DNA from: a virus
Lineage: Duplodnaviria; Caudoviricetes
Strand: one strand, 5' to 3'
Virus record (IMG/VR): IMGVR_UViG_3300033052_000029
Span: 1-55,253 of that record
DNA: 55,253 bases
Positions within the stretch are counted from its first letter, which is position 1; the number at the start of each line of letters is the position of its first letter. Under the pieces are notes generated by a model that saw nothing but the letters and a program-made list of their open reading frames with translations, was not told the DNA's origin and ran no database searches. Made by a program: the position numbers and the translations under genes. Below are positions 1 through 8,333 of the stretch, piece by piece.

Positions 1-40
1 GGGGCGCCGGTGGCTTTTTCAGCCCCCGGCCCGCCCCGGG

Positions 41-125
41 GGCCCGCAAGGAGGGGAGGCGATGGGCCTGTGTCTTGTGCAAGTTGCTCGACAAGGTCGA
101 TCCGGGTCATTGCGACCGATATTGA
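41..125 (+). CDS. 3' part of the conserved small phage protein that begins at 55060 (spans the circular junction)
   Basis: Base 41 completes the CGG codon; 42-125 reads ARKEGRRWACVLCKLLDKVDPGHCDRY*, the natural continuation of ...GGEPGELISTRANR. Confidence 0.85.
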
Positions 126-160
126 ATACAACAAGCCGGCATAGACCGGCAACCCCTCGG

Positions 161-183
161 ACCTGCCGCGTGCAGGTTTTTTT
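161..183 (+). terminator. Intrinsic terminator before the lysis cassette
   Basis: ACCTGC-cgcgt-GCAGGT followed by a T run. Confidence 0.7.
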
Positions 184-205
184 ACGCCGACCTTCAAGGC
201 CAATC

Positions 206-481
206 ATGTCCATCCCTCCGCTCGACCCTCACCGCAGAATCCGTTTCGACGGAACCATCAACCTTGGCCACGTCCTGACGATGCTGACCTTCATCGCCGC
301 CGGCGTCGTCGGCTGGACCGCCATGGACAAGCGCATCACCGTGCTGGAAGAGGCCCGCATGGTGCAGCAACAGATCGACAAGCGGCAGGACGAGGACCGC
401 AACGAGATGAAGAAAACGGTCAGGGAGGACATGAAGGAAATCATCCGCAAGGTCGACATTCTCGTTGAGCGAAGGAACTGA
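206..481 (+). CDS. Single-TM coiled-coil protein at the head of the lysis cassette (possible holin/antiholin)
   Basis: INLGHVLTMLTFIAAGVVGW hydrophobic helix then charged coiled coil; ATG at 206. Confidence 0.65.
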   Translation: MSIPPLDPHRRIRFDGTINLGHVLTMLTFIAAGVVGWTAMDKRITVLEEARMVQQQIDKRQDEDRNEMKKTVREDMKEIIRKVDILVERRN

Positions 482-482
482 G

Positions 483-713
483 ATGGACATGAAACTCGTG
501 GAAGACTGGCGCGCGATCCTGAAACGCGCGTGGTCCGTGAAATTCAATATCGCCGCGACCCTGTTCGGCGCCGCCGAGGTGGTCGTCGCCATCGTGCAGC
601 CGGCGGCCATCCCGAACGGTGTCTTCGCCGGCATCGCCGCGACGATCTCGGTCTTTGCCAACGTGGCGCGCATCATGGCGCAGAAGGAGTTGACCGATGC
701 GGCTGTCAAATAA
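483..713 (+). CDS. Putative holin/pinholin, two TM helices
   Basis: MKLVEDWRAILKRAWS N-terminus, two hydrophobic helices, overlaps the endolysin start; two possible starts (483, 489). Confidence 0.7.
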   Translation: MDMKLVEDWRAILKRAWSVKFNIAATLFGAAEVVVAIVQPAAIPNGVFAGIAATISVFANVARIMAQKELTDAAVK

Positions 714-1224
714 CGCGGCAAAGCGCGGCGGCCTGGCTGCGCTGGTAGGAGCCGTCGCCGCGGCGGCCCTTTACTCGTTCACGCCGGCGCAGGAAGGGCG
801 CAGCTTGCCCACCTACCGCGATCTCGGGGGCGTGCTCACATACTGCGACGGGGCAACGGAAAACGCGGTGTGGGGCAAAGTCTACACGCCGGCCGAGTGC
901 GACGCCCAGCTCGACCGCGACCTGGCGCGCCACGCCGAAGGCATCAACGCCTGCATGCCGCTGGACCGGCTGACGGTCGGCCAGCGCATTGCATTCGTTG
1001 ACACGGCCTATAACGTCGGGGTGGCGAATTTCTGTGGCTCGAGCATGGCCAAGCGCGCCAATGCTGGCGATGTGCTGGGTTCGTGCACGGCACTGTTCGA
1101 ATGGAATGGCATCGTCAAGAAGGTGCCGCAGCCAGACGGCACCGTAAGGCGCGTCAAGGTGCCGATCAAGGGCCTGGTGCTGCGCCGCCTGCGCGCCATC
1201 GAAATCTGCCTCACGAGGAAATAG
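697..1224 (+). CDS. SAR endolysin, GH24 (T4/P21-like) lysozyme
   Basis: Gly/Ala-rich N-terminal anchor after basic residues; E-x8-D-x5-T triad (EGRSLPTYRDLGGVLT); AYNVG and GLVLRR motifs. Confidence 0.9.
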   Translation: MRLSNNAAKRGGLAALVGAVAAAALYSFTPAQEGRSLPTYRDLGGVLTYCDGATENAVWGKVYTPAECDAQLDRDLARHAEGINACMPLDRLTVGQRIAFVDTAYNVGVANFCGSSMAKRANAGDVLGSCTALFEWNGIVKKVPQPDGTVRRVKVPIKGLVLRRLRAIEICLTRK

Positions 1225-1226
1225 CC

Positions 1227-1613
1227 ATGATCGACATCATCCCCGACCGCTACCGGATGCTGGCCGGCGGCCTCCTGCTGCTGGCCTGGACCGCCGGTGC
1301 CGCCTTCTCGGGCTGGCACTTCCGCGGCATCAAGGCTGATGCCGAGATTGCCGCCCTGCAGGTGGAGCGCGCGACGGAGCGCGAACAGCAGGCCACCGCG
1401 GCGCTCACCACTCTCAAGGCCGACGCCGACGCCATCCACCAGGCCGCGACCGAGTATGCCGCCATCGAAACCACCCTCGCGCCGAAGATCGCGGCGCTCA
1501 CCAAGGAACTGCGCAATGCGAAGCCTCTGCCTGCTGATTGCCGCCCTGACGATTACCGGGTGCGCAACCTCGACGCCGCCATCGACGCCGCCAATCAAGC
1601 CATCCCTCGATAG
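1227..1613 (+). CDS. Rz: Inner-membrane spanin
   Basis: N-terminal TM helix then Ala-rich coiled coil, directly after the endolysin. Confidence 0.8.
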   Translation: MIDIIPDRYRMLAGGLLLLAWTAGAAFSGWHFRGIKADAEIAALQVERATEREQQATAALTTLKADADAIHQAATEYAAIETTLAPKIAALTKELRNAKPLPADCRPDDYRVRNLDAAIDAANQAIPR

Positions 1614-1758
1614 CGCGCTGGCCAAACCCTGCCCGCCGGTCGAGCGGCCCGAGTCTGCCGACTACGACATCTGGCAGGCCTGGGCCGTGGCCCTGCTCGG
1701 GCAGTATGCCGACTGCGCCGCACGCCATTCGAAAACCGTTCAAGCCTGGCCGAAATAA
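1516..1758 (+). CDS. Rz1: Outer-membrane spanin lipoprotein overlapping Rz
   Basis: Signal peptide with lipobox ITGC, Pro-rich segment, extra Cys pair; starts inside Rz in another frame. Confidence 0.85.
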   Translation: MRSLCLLIAALTITGCATSTPPSTPPIKPSLDSALAKPCPPVERPESADYDIWQAWAVALLGQYADCAARHSKTVQAWPK

Positions 1759-1766
1759 GGACTACC

Positions 1767-2960
1767 ATGACCACTCCCATCATCGACCCGAAGCTGATCG
1801 AGTTCGCCACGCCGCGGCAAATCGAGTTCATCGAAGCGATCGAGCAGCACGGCGGCTACCGCAAGGCGGCCAAGGCGCTCGGGCTGTCCAAGAGCACGAT
1901 CTGCGAAGGGATCAACCGGCTCAAGGCTGCGGCGGCACGCAAAGGGTATTCGCCTGAGCACGACATGCTGCGCACGGTGCCGGATGGCTTCAAGCTCAAA
2001 GGCGTCTCGACCTACTATGACAAGGACGGCAAACCAACTGCGCAATGGGTTAAAAGCAGCGCCGACGCCGACAGGCAAGCCGAGATGATGCGCGAAGCCT
2101 TCGGCGCCATGGCGGCCGAGTTGCCGCGCCTGCCCGCCACGAAGTTTATCGGTGCGTTAGGTGACGATGACCTGCTGAACTGCTTCGTTATCACCGATTT
2201 CCATATGGGGGCCTTGAGCTGGGCGCCCGAGACCGGAGCGAGCTGGGACATCGATATCGCCGAACAGACGATCGTCGCCTGGTTCGAGCGCGCCATAGCG
2301 CAGTCGCCGAATGCCAAGACAGCCGTCCTGGCGCAGATTTCGGACCTGCTGCACTGGGATGGGTTCGACGCTGTCACGCCGGCCTCTAAGCACCTCCTCG
2401 ACGCCGACACTCGCTTCCCGAAGCTGGTCCGGATCGCCATCCGTGTGCTGCGCCGGATCATCACCATGCTATTGGCCAAGCACGAGCGCCTGCACATCAT
2501 CATGGCCGATGCGAACCACGACCCGGTCAGCCAGGTGTGGTTGCGTGAGTGGATCGCGGTCCTGTATGAGGACGAGCCGCGCGTCACAGTCGATACCAGC
2601 CCGTCGCCCTACAACGCTTACGAGTTCGGCAAGGTCGCGCTCTTCACGCACCACGGGCATAAGCGGAAGGTGACGAACGTGTCGGAGGTGTTCGCTGCGC
2701 AGTTCCGGGAGATGTTCGGGCGCACGAAGTACGCCTATGCTCACACCGGCCACCTTCATCATGTTGACGTGAAGGAAAACAACCTGATGATCGTGGAGCA
2801 GCACCGGACCCTGGCGGCGCCGGATGCCTACGCGGCGCGCGGCGGCTGGGTGACGGGCCGGGATGCGAAGGTGATCACCTACCACCGCGACTACGGCGAA
2901 GTCGGGCGCATCACGGTTAGCTTCGATATGATCCGAGGGCAGGTCAAGGAGGCCGCCTGA
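1767..2960 (+). CDS. N-terminal HTH fused to a calcineurin-like metallophosphoesterase
   Basis: HTH YRKAAKALGLSKSTI; motifs TDFH, SDLLH, ANHD, HHGH, GHLHH. Confidence 0.8.
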   Translation: MTTPIIDPKLIEFATPRQIEFIEAIEQHGGYRKAAKALGLSKSTICEGINRLKAAAARKGYSPEHDMLRTVPDGFKLKGVSTYYDKDGKPTAQWVKSSADADRQAEMMREAFGAMAAELPRLPATKFIGALGDDDLLNCFVITDFHMGALSWAPETGASWDIDIAEQTIVAWFERAIAQSPNAKTAVLAQISDLLHWDGFDAVTPASKHLLDADTRFPKLVRIAIRVLRRIITMLLAKHERLHIIMADANHDPVSQVWLREWIAVLYEDEPRVTVDTSPSPYNAYEFGKVALFTHHGHKRKVTNVSEVFAAQFREMFGRTKYAYAHTGHLHHVDVKENNLMIVEQHRTLAAPDAYAARGGWVTGRDAKVITYHRDYGEVGRITVSFDMIRGQVKEAA

Positions 2961-2962
2961 TA

Positions 2963-2982
2963 TACTGTATGCATGAACAGTA
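2963..2982. promoter_or_regulatory. LexA (SOS) box
   Basis: TACTGTATGCATGAACAGTA = TA-CTGT-N8-ACAG-TA, the beta/gammaproteobacterial consensus. Confidence 0.85.
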
Positions 2983-2993
2983 ACCCGTCACCG

Positions 2994-3236
2994 ATGGCCT
3001 TCAAGCCACCGCTCAGCAAAGACGCGCTTCGCGACATCCAGGACCGCAATCCGGACTCGGCCGACGTGCGCGCGCTGCTATGGGAGGTCAAGCGCCTACG
3101 CGCCCTAGTGCTGCGATCGCACGACTATTTCCGGCAGACGGCGACGTCGACCACCGCGATGATGCTGGCCGATGCAATGCGGCGCGATCTGGCCGATGAA
3201 CCGGTTATTAGGGAGCAGCCGCGGTTATCTGATTAA
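2994..3236 (+). CDS. Small helical protein under a LexA box, function unknown
   Basis: 80 aa MAFKPPLSKDALRDIQ...; upstream alternative ATG (2973) lies inside the SOS box. Confidence 0.7.
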   Translation: MAFKPPLSKDALRDIQDRNPDSADVRALLWEVKRLRALVLRSHDYFRQTATSTTAMMLADAMRRDLADEPVIREQPRLSD

Positions 3237-3264
3237 TTGACAGCCGAATGAATGCCGACATTAA

Positions 3265-3987
3265 TTAAGAGGTCGCGGAGGAAAAATCAGTTAATTCTGT
3301 CATTACGTCATATGCTTTGTTGCAAAGGTCTTTCGCAGCAATGTAAACTAACATTTTTTTCTGGGTTAATGGCATACCATTCTGCTCTAAGTAAGATTTG
3401 ATTTCTTCCGCCAAGCGTGAGGCCTCTTCCGACTGCCCATTCTGTATAGCGAAGTTTTGCCTCATACGCATCTTCGCTATTTCCCCACGCATGCTCCCAG
3501 CTGCAATTAGGCATTCACGATAACGGATCGTAACCGTTCCCGTTAGTTGTAAAAGTTCCGGGAAATATAGCTGTGAAAGCATTTCAAACTCATCAATCGG
3601 CGCTCCAGATGCCAGGTCTTCCCCAGCAATTGCGTTGGTGCCAACGTCGGAAGCGTGAGTTGCCAAAGCAAATCCGGCGACGATAAGTTGTTCAAGCTTT
3701 GCCCTCTTCAGGGCATTGCTTTCTCGCCTTATCCAGTCGCCATGATTGAGGGCCAGCTCTACAGCTTTAGTAGCTGCAGTCGTTTTTTCCAGATGTTCGA
3801 TGATAAGCTTAGCGTCCGCTTTAGTCGCCGCAACTTCGCCGCGTTTAGTTAGATTTGCTCTTAAATATGCTCCAGCCACTGTGCCAAGAAATGTCATGGC
3901 GAGCAAAAGCAAATAAAAAGGCCACGTTTCTCTTATAGTGGCGTTAGCGATTTCGCTAGCAAGCTTTTCTAACATTGCATCGTTCAT
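3265..3987 (-). CDS. Low-GC moron: membrane-anchored helical protein
   Basis: 240 aa ORF, N-terminal TM (WPFYLLLLAMTFLGTVAGAYL), visibly AT-richer than the flanks. Confidence 0.75.
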   Translation of the reverse strand: MNDAMLEKLASEIANATIRETWPFYLLLLAMTFLGTVAGAYLRANLTKRGEVAATKADAKLIIEHLEKTTAATKAVELALNHGDWIRRESNALKRAKLEQLIVAGFALATHASDVGTNAIAGEDLASGAPIDEFEMLSQLYFPELLQLTGTVTIRYRECLIAAGSMRGEIAKMRMRQNFAIQNGQSEEASRLAEEIKSYLEQNGMPLTQKKMLVYIAAKDLCNKAYDVMTELTDFSSATS

Positions 3988-4064
3988 TCAGTTTTCTCGT
4001 TGGTGATTTATTTATTTGGTCGAATTGCGCTACTGGCGATTTGCAGCTTACTTGCCATAGAATC

Positions 4065-5282
4065 TCAGCGCCCTGCCTGCTCGCACTTCACAAGAAACTC
4101 AGCCCACAACTCGAGCGCCTGGCGCCGCTCCGGTATCTCCTCGCGCACGTCGTAAATCCCCTCCATCCCTTTCAAGGTGTGGTTCAGGGCGATCTCCGAT
4201 ATCTCGCGCGAGACGCCGAGGTTCCGCATGTGCCCTTTGGCCGTGCTGCGCGTGTCATGAGGCGTAAAGCGCCTGATGTCGATCGCGCCGCGCTTGAATG
4301 CGCTGTCGATCGCAGTCCACAGGGTCGTGTTGCCGACGTGCTTGCCCTTGTTCGGCGCCCGCCTGGCCGGCAGCACCCACTCATCGCCGTCGGCCAGTTC
4401 CCGCAGCTGCCGGAACCATGCGGCGACGGTCGGGGTGATGGGCACAAGGAAGCCGACGCGCGTTTTGACTGACTCGTCGGGCACGAACCACGTGCCGCGC
4501 TCAAGGTCGATGTGCCCCCAGCGAGCCTTGACCAGCTCGATCGATCGAACGCAGGTCGCGAGCATGATGCGCAGGGCCAGGGCGTTCTCGGTGCCGATGC
4601 TGTCGATGCCGGCCAGGAGCTTTCGCAGTTCCTCTTCCGATAGCATCACGCGCTTGCGCACCGGTGGCCGCGGGCCCAGGAGGGCGGTCAGCTTGATCCC
4701 CGATGCAGGATTGACCTTGATGAGCTGGCGCCCGATCGCGTGGTCAAACAGCTTGCTGGTCGTGGTCAGGATCCGTTTCTGAACGGTCCAGGTGCGCCCC
4801 GAGCTTTCCAGCATGTCGACAATATCCTCGGGAGATGCCGAGCGCACCTCTACGGCGCCCAGGCGCGGCAGGATCACATCGTCGAGATCGCTCTTTCTAT
4901 AGGCGACCGTCCGCACTGCGTACTGGCCGCTATCGAGCACCTTTTCTATATAATCTTTGACAAGCTCGCGCACAAGCCAGGCGCCGCGCAAGGCGAGCCG
5001 TTCCTTGCGTTTTTCCGCCGCAGGGTCTTGGCCCTTGTCAACGGCGACCCGATGCTCGGCCGCGAGCTTCCTGGCGGCTGAGAGGCTGAGGTCGGGGTAA
5101 TTACCGAGCGTGAGCTCGCGCGCGCGGCCGCCGAGCATGTAGCGCAGCACCCAGGTTGCCGTGCCGGCCTTCGACAGCGTAAAGGTGAGGCCCGCGCCGT
5201 CGGACTTGGCGACCGGATCGCCCTTGGCTACCCAGCGCCGAATCTGTATGTCGCTGAGCTGGTTGATTGCTCGTTTGGCCAT
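4065..5282 (-). CDS. int: Tyrosine integrase, P4-like with N-terminal arm-binding domain
   Basis: SDGAGL...WVLRY...LTLGNYPDLSLSAAR arm domain; catalytic R (VRSIE), K, HDTR, LNH, Y (GIY). Confidence 0.95.
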   Translation of the reverse strand: MAKRAINQLSDIQIRRWVAKGDPVAKSDGAGLTFTLSKAGTATWVLRYMLGGRARELTLGNYPDLSLSAARKLAAEHRVAVDKGQDPAAEKRKERLALRGAWLVRELVKDYIEKVLDSGQYAVRTVAYRKSDLDDVILPRLGAVEVRSASPEDIVDMLESSGRTWTVQKRILTTTSKLFDHAIGRQLIKVNPASGIKLTALLGPRPPVRKRVMLSEEELRKLLAGIDSIGTENALALRIMLATCVRSIELVKARWGHIDLERGTWFVPDESVKTRVGFLVPITPTVAAWFRQLRELADGDEWVLPARRAPNKGKHVGNTTLWTAIDSAFKRGAIDIRRFTPHDTRSTAKGHMRNLGVSREISEIALNHTLKGMEGIYDVREEIPERRQALELWAEFLVKCEQAGR

Positions 5283-5315
5283 CGCTGCACCCTGTGGTGG
5301 TTACGCCTGCGGATC

Positions 5316-5590
5316 GTAGCTAGCTACAAATCTAGCTACAAATTAGGGTTGCGCTTGCAGGCTTTAAGATGAGACAACAGGATACAGCATTGCGGCCATC
5401 ACAGAGGGAAAATGCGGTAATGTGAGACAGGTAGAAACGTTCCTAGAACACACTGAGGCTTGCAGGTGATGAGCTTGAATGCGGTCATATGTGCCAGTAT
5501 TCATGCGGGTTTTGCGGTGTTTTTGTAGCTAACTGCCGCGTTAGCTACAATCCTAGCTACAAATCAGTTATGAGACAGGTTGAGACAATG
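5316..5590. other. attP region with integrase arm-type repeats and probable Xis sites
   Basis: (C/T)TAGCTACAA repeats at 5320, 5332, 5541, 5553 plus an inverted copy at 5522-5532; TGAGACA repeats; non-coding between int and xis; core not resolved. Confidence 0.75.
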
Positions 5591-5609
5591 ACGACATTGT
5601 GCGGCCTCG

Positions 5610-5783
5610 TCAGTTCTTCGGTTTGCCCGCGATCAGGCGATCGATACTTGCGCCGGTGACCCGGGTAGCCGTACCGATCTTGATCACCTCGAGTTCGCCG
5701 CGGCCAACCAGCCTGTAGATAGTCGCTCGGGACACATCCAGCTTTTTCATGGCGCTGGCTACCTTGTAGAGAATCTGTTCCAT
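5610..5783 (-). CDS. xis: Excisionase-like HTH protein (57 aa, not in the ORF track)
   Basis: MEQILYKVASAMKKLDVSRATIYRLVGRGELEVIKIGTATRV..., typical Xis/HTH_17 pattern adjacent to attP. Confidence 0.85.
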   Translation of the reverse strand: MEQILYKVASAMKKLDVSRATIYRLVGRGELEVIKIGTATRVTGASIDRLIAGKPKN

Positions 5784-5801
5784 AGTCGCTCCTTGCTCAA
5801 A

Positions 5802-6026
5802 TTATTCTGGCTTCTTTTCGTGCACGCACCCCGCGCAGCGCGGATCCGGCGTCGTCTTTGTGTACTGGCATTCGGTCGTCATCACGTGCCGGACGTCGAC
5901 ATAGACCGGAGTCCGGTGCGGCGCACCAAAGCCATCTCGAAACGTTCCACTCCAGCCGGCTTGTGCCTGGTGTGTGACGGCGCCGGCCACCGGCCGCGGC
6001 TTGTTGTGGCAGCCGTTCAGTTGCAT
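5802..6026 (-). CDS. Hypothetical Cys-rich early protein
   Basis: 74 aa, coupled between neighbours, C-terminal CAGC. Confidence 0.6.
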   Translation of the reverse strand: MQLNGCHNKPRPVAGAVTHQAQAGWSGTFRDGFGAPHRTPVYVDVRHVMTTECQYTKTTPDPRCAGCVHEKKPE

Positions 6027-6235
6027 GGCTTCTCTCCTTCTCCTGGGTGAGCAGGAGCGGCCCCAGATTGTGCGTACTCGGCAATGATCGCGACCATTTC
6101 CTCGAACGTGTCTTCTGGCACTGCCACCATGCCATTGCGCAAGTTGAACTGGAACGGCGAGAGGAAGAATCCCCAAAACCTCTTCGGCGTGGCCTTAATC
6201 TCTTCGCGCGAGAGTTTGCAGTAGTCGTTCTTCAT
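6017..6235 (-). CDS. Hypothetical early protein
   Basis: ATGA overlap with the upstream gene; 72 aa. Confidence 0.55.
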   Translation of the reverse strand: MKNDYCKLSREEIKATPKRFWGFFLSPFQFNLRNGMVAVPEDTFEEMVAIIAEYAQSGAAPAHPGEGEKPCN

Positions 6236-7341
6236 GCATCCTCCCCGGCTTTCGCCTCTGGTGGCTGGGGAGCGGCGGCGATTCTCATCCAGTGAGTGAC
6301 GTTGCCGGTGCTTAGCAGGTCGCACTCGAACATCGAGCAATTCACCATGTAGCGTGTGACCTCGACCCACGGCACGCCAGGGTGGCCGGGATGCTCGGCA
6401 TTGCCTACCCGGCCAGCGAAGCGCGTCACCAGCACGCGCTCGCCAGGTTCTGGCAGTTCGTCCTCGACGCTGATCCACCCGGCTTTCTCCACCTCTCCCG
6501 CAGTCGGAATGCCGGTATCGGGTGCTGGTGCAGCGAGGTTGGCGAGGATGAGCGCCTGCATCGCGGGTGATCCAAAACGGCTGTGTTCGGTTGGCGCATC
6601 AGCAGCTGCTGCTGCCTTGGTGGCAGCGCGGTAGAGCGGAAAAGGTTTGAACTCGGGCGCCCATGTGCATTCCGCGCCCCATTCGACATCAGGCGTTTCC
6701 ATCGGAGTGTGATCAAGGTTGAGCGCGCAGGCCCATGCTACCGGCTCGCCTTGTTGCGCTCGATCCGCCGAGTTATCCACAAGGCTACCGTAATTCGTTA
6801 CGGCACCATCGCCGCCCTCCGCGCGGCACCGGGTAGCCAGCTCATCGGCAAATACCGGGTTGCATTTGCCGTCGCAGTATTGCGGCAGGGCGCACCGGCA
6901 GTCGCCGTAATGGTCGATTTTGCGCGGCTCGATGCCCATGCCGTCGCAGTGATGGCACTGGTAGTTCTGGCCTTCGCAAACAGAGCACGGCGTTTGAGTC
7001 TTGCGCCATGCCGGTTCCGCGCGCAGGGCGGAATCACATCCCTCCTGCTGCGGAGTATTCTCGGAGCGATGCGCTCGATCCGCTTCTACAGCAGCACGGG
7101 CGTAGGCTTGCATCTGTTCGCTGGTGAAATAGGGCTGGCTTGCCAATTGCAGCGACTCGCCCGGCTCCTTCATCGACTCCCACACACGCACATAAATCTG
7201 CGAGGTCGGCAATTCAAGCAGCGCACCATCTGGAACGGCAGCGGCAGGAGATGCGGTGCAGAACGGGCAGGTTTCAGGCTCCCATGCGTCCGTCTCGGTA
7301 ACGTCGCCGCAGCAGTCCCATTCTTTGCGGTAGGTGCTCAT
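6232..7341 (-). CDS. Mosaic early protein with Cys clusters and C-terminal DUF551-like domain
   Basis: WISVEDELPE...VTHWM motif; CxxC clusters; ATGA overlaps. Confidence 0.75.
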   Translation of the reverse strand: MSTYRKEWDCCGDVTETDAWEPETCPFCTASPAAAVPDGALLELPTSQIYVRVWESMKEPGESLQLASQPYFTSEQMQAYARAAVEADRAHRSENTPQQEGCDSALRAEPAWRKTQTPCSVCEGQNYQCHHCDGMGIEPRKIDHYGDCRCALPQYCDGKCNPVFADELATRCRAEGGDGAVTNYGSLVDNSADRAQQGEPVAWACALNLDHTPMETPDVEWGAECTWAPEFKPFPLYRAATKAAAAADAPTEHSRFGSPAMQALILANLAAPAPDTGIPTAGEVEKAGWISVEDELPEPGERVLVTRFAGRVGNAEHPGHPGVPWVEVTRYMVNCSMFECDLLSTGNVTHWMRIAAAPQPPEAKAGEDA

Positions 7342-8051
7342 GCCTTCTCCTTGGTGTCCGTGGTGTCTTTCGGCTGGGCCGCGATAGCTGCTTTGACGGC
7401 AGACTCGTATTCGCCGCCATGCAATTCGGTCAGCTTGTCGCCATCACACCGCACCAGTGTGAAGCGCCCGTTGAGGCTCTTCCCATCGCGCACGATGAAA
7501 CGCCACAGCGCCGCATCCTTCGCATCTACTTCTCCCGCTCCTTCCTTAGTGGGGAGAGGGACGGCGTAGACGATGCGCGCCTCGAAGTTCGGAATGCTGC
7601 TCGCGGTGTCATAGGCACGCTGATCGACGTCCTCCCATGCCATGCCGTTCGGCACCTTGGGCCGCGTCTGGTAGATCGCCACTGGCTCTGCCTGCTGTCC
7701 GGCAGGTGCTGCACCCTCGGGCCATGCGGTGCGCAAGTGGTGGATGTGCAGGACCATGATGTCGGCGTCGATGGCGCCGCCTTCTTCTAAGCCCAGCGCG
7801 TCGTGAATCTTCGTCAGGTCGTCGCAGGCGGCGCGCACCACCACTTCCAGCTGCTTCTCGCGTTCGGTCTGCCCGGCAGGTGCAGCGCTACCAGCACGAG
7901 CAAGGGCGAGCTGCCAGCCGCGCCAGTGGCCGTCTACAGCGTTGTGCTTGTAGTGCCCTGCGGGCCAGCGCTCCAGAGAGATATCGGGATTTAGCTTGCG
8001 GATTTCCGCCTCAAACTCGGCGCGGCTCTTGTTCAGTTCTTTGTTGTCCAT
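7338..8051 (-). CDS. Mosaic early protein
   Basis: 237 aa; RAEFEA, EPVA and DAALWRF micro-motifs typical of lambdoid early-left genes. Confidence 0.7.
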   Translation of the reverse strand: MDNKELNKSRAEFEAEIRKLNPDISLERWPAGHYKHNAVDGHWRGWQLALARAGSAAPAGQTEREKQLEVVVRAACDDLTKIHDALGLEEGGAIDADIMVLHIHHLRTAWPEGAAPAGQQAEPVAIYQTRPKVPNGMAWEDVDQRAYDTASSIPNFEARIVYAVPLPTKEGAGEVDAKDAALWRFIVRDGKSLNGRFTLVRCDGDKLTELHGGEYESAVKAAIAAQPKDTTDTKEKA

Positions 8052-8054
8052 GTC

Positions 8055-8255
8055 TCAGTCGATCCATTTTTGTTCAAGGGAGCACCACATCACCGGCACA
8101 GCTTCGGTGACAACGTGAGCGGCAACTACATCGTCGTGCGGGTAGCCAAGGCGGTAATGTCCTTCGTCGCGCAGGGCGACCAGCGTTTCGCCTTCGTCCA
8201 GTTCGACAGTGATGCGCCGCTTGCCGCGCGCTTCAGTTTCTTTGATGACTTTCAT
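8055..8255 (-). CDS. Hypothetical protein
   Basis: 66 aa ORF with AGAGGA RBS in the operon. Confidence 0.65.
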   Translation of the reverse strand: MKVIKETEARGKRRITVELDEGETLVALRDEGHYRLGYPHDDVVAAHVVTEAVPVMWCSLEQKWID

Positions 8256-8333
8256 ATCAATCCTCTTTCTTGTTGTTCGTGCGCTGCGCGCGGCCCGATG
8301 CGGTGCGATTTTTCGATGTCAGCATTTGGCCCC

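Noticed and set aside
62-205. Extended N-terminus of ORF 62..481
   Set aside because: Overlaps the real junction-spanning gene in another frame and crosses a terminator; ATG 206 is preferred
5455-5495. Naming the host integration gene from the putative att core
   Set aside because: No reading frame or tRNA fragment could be recognised with confidence; needs a BLASTN search
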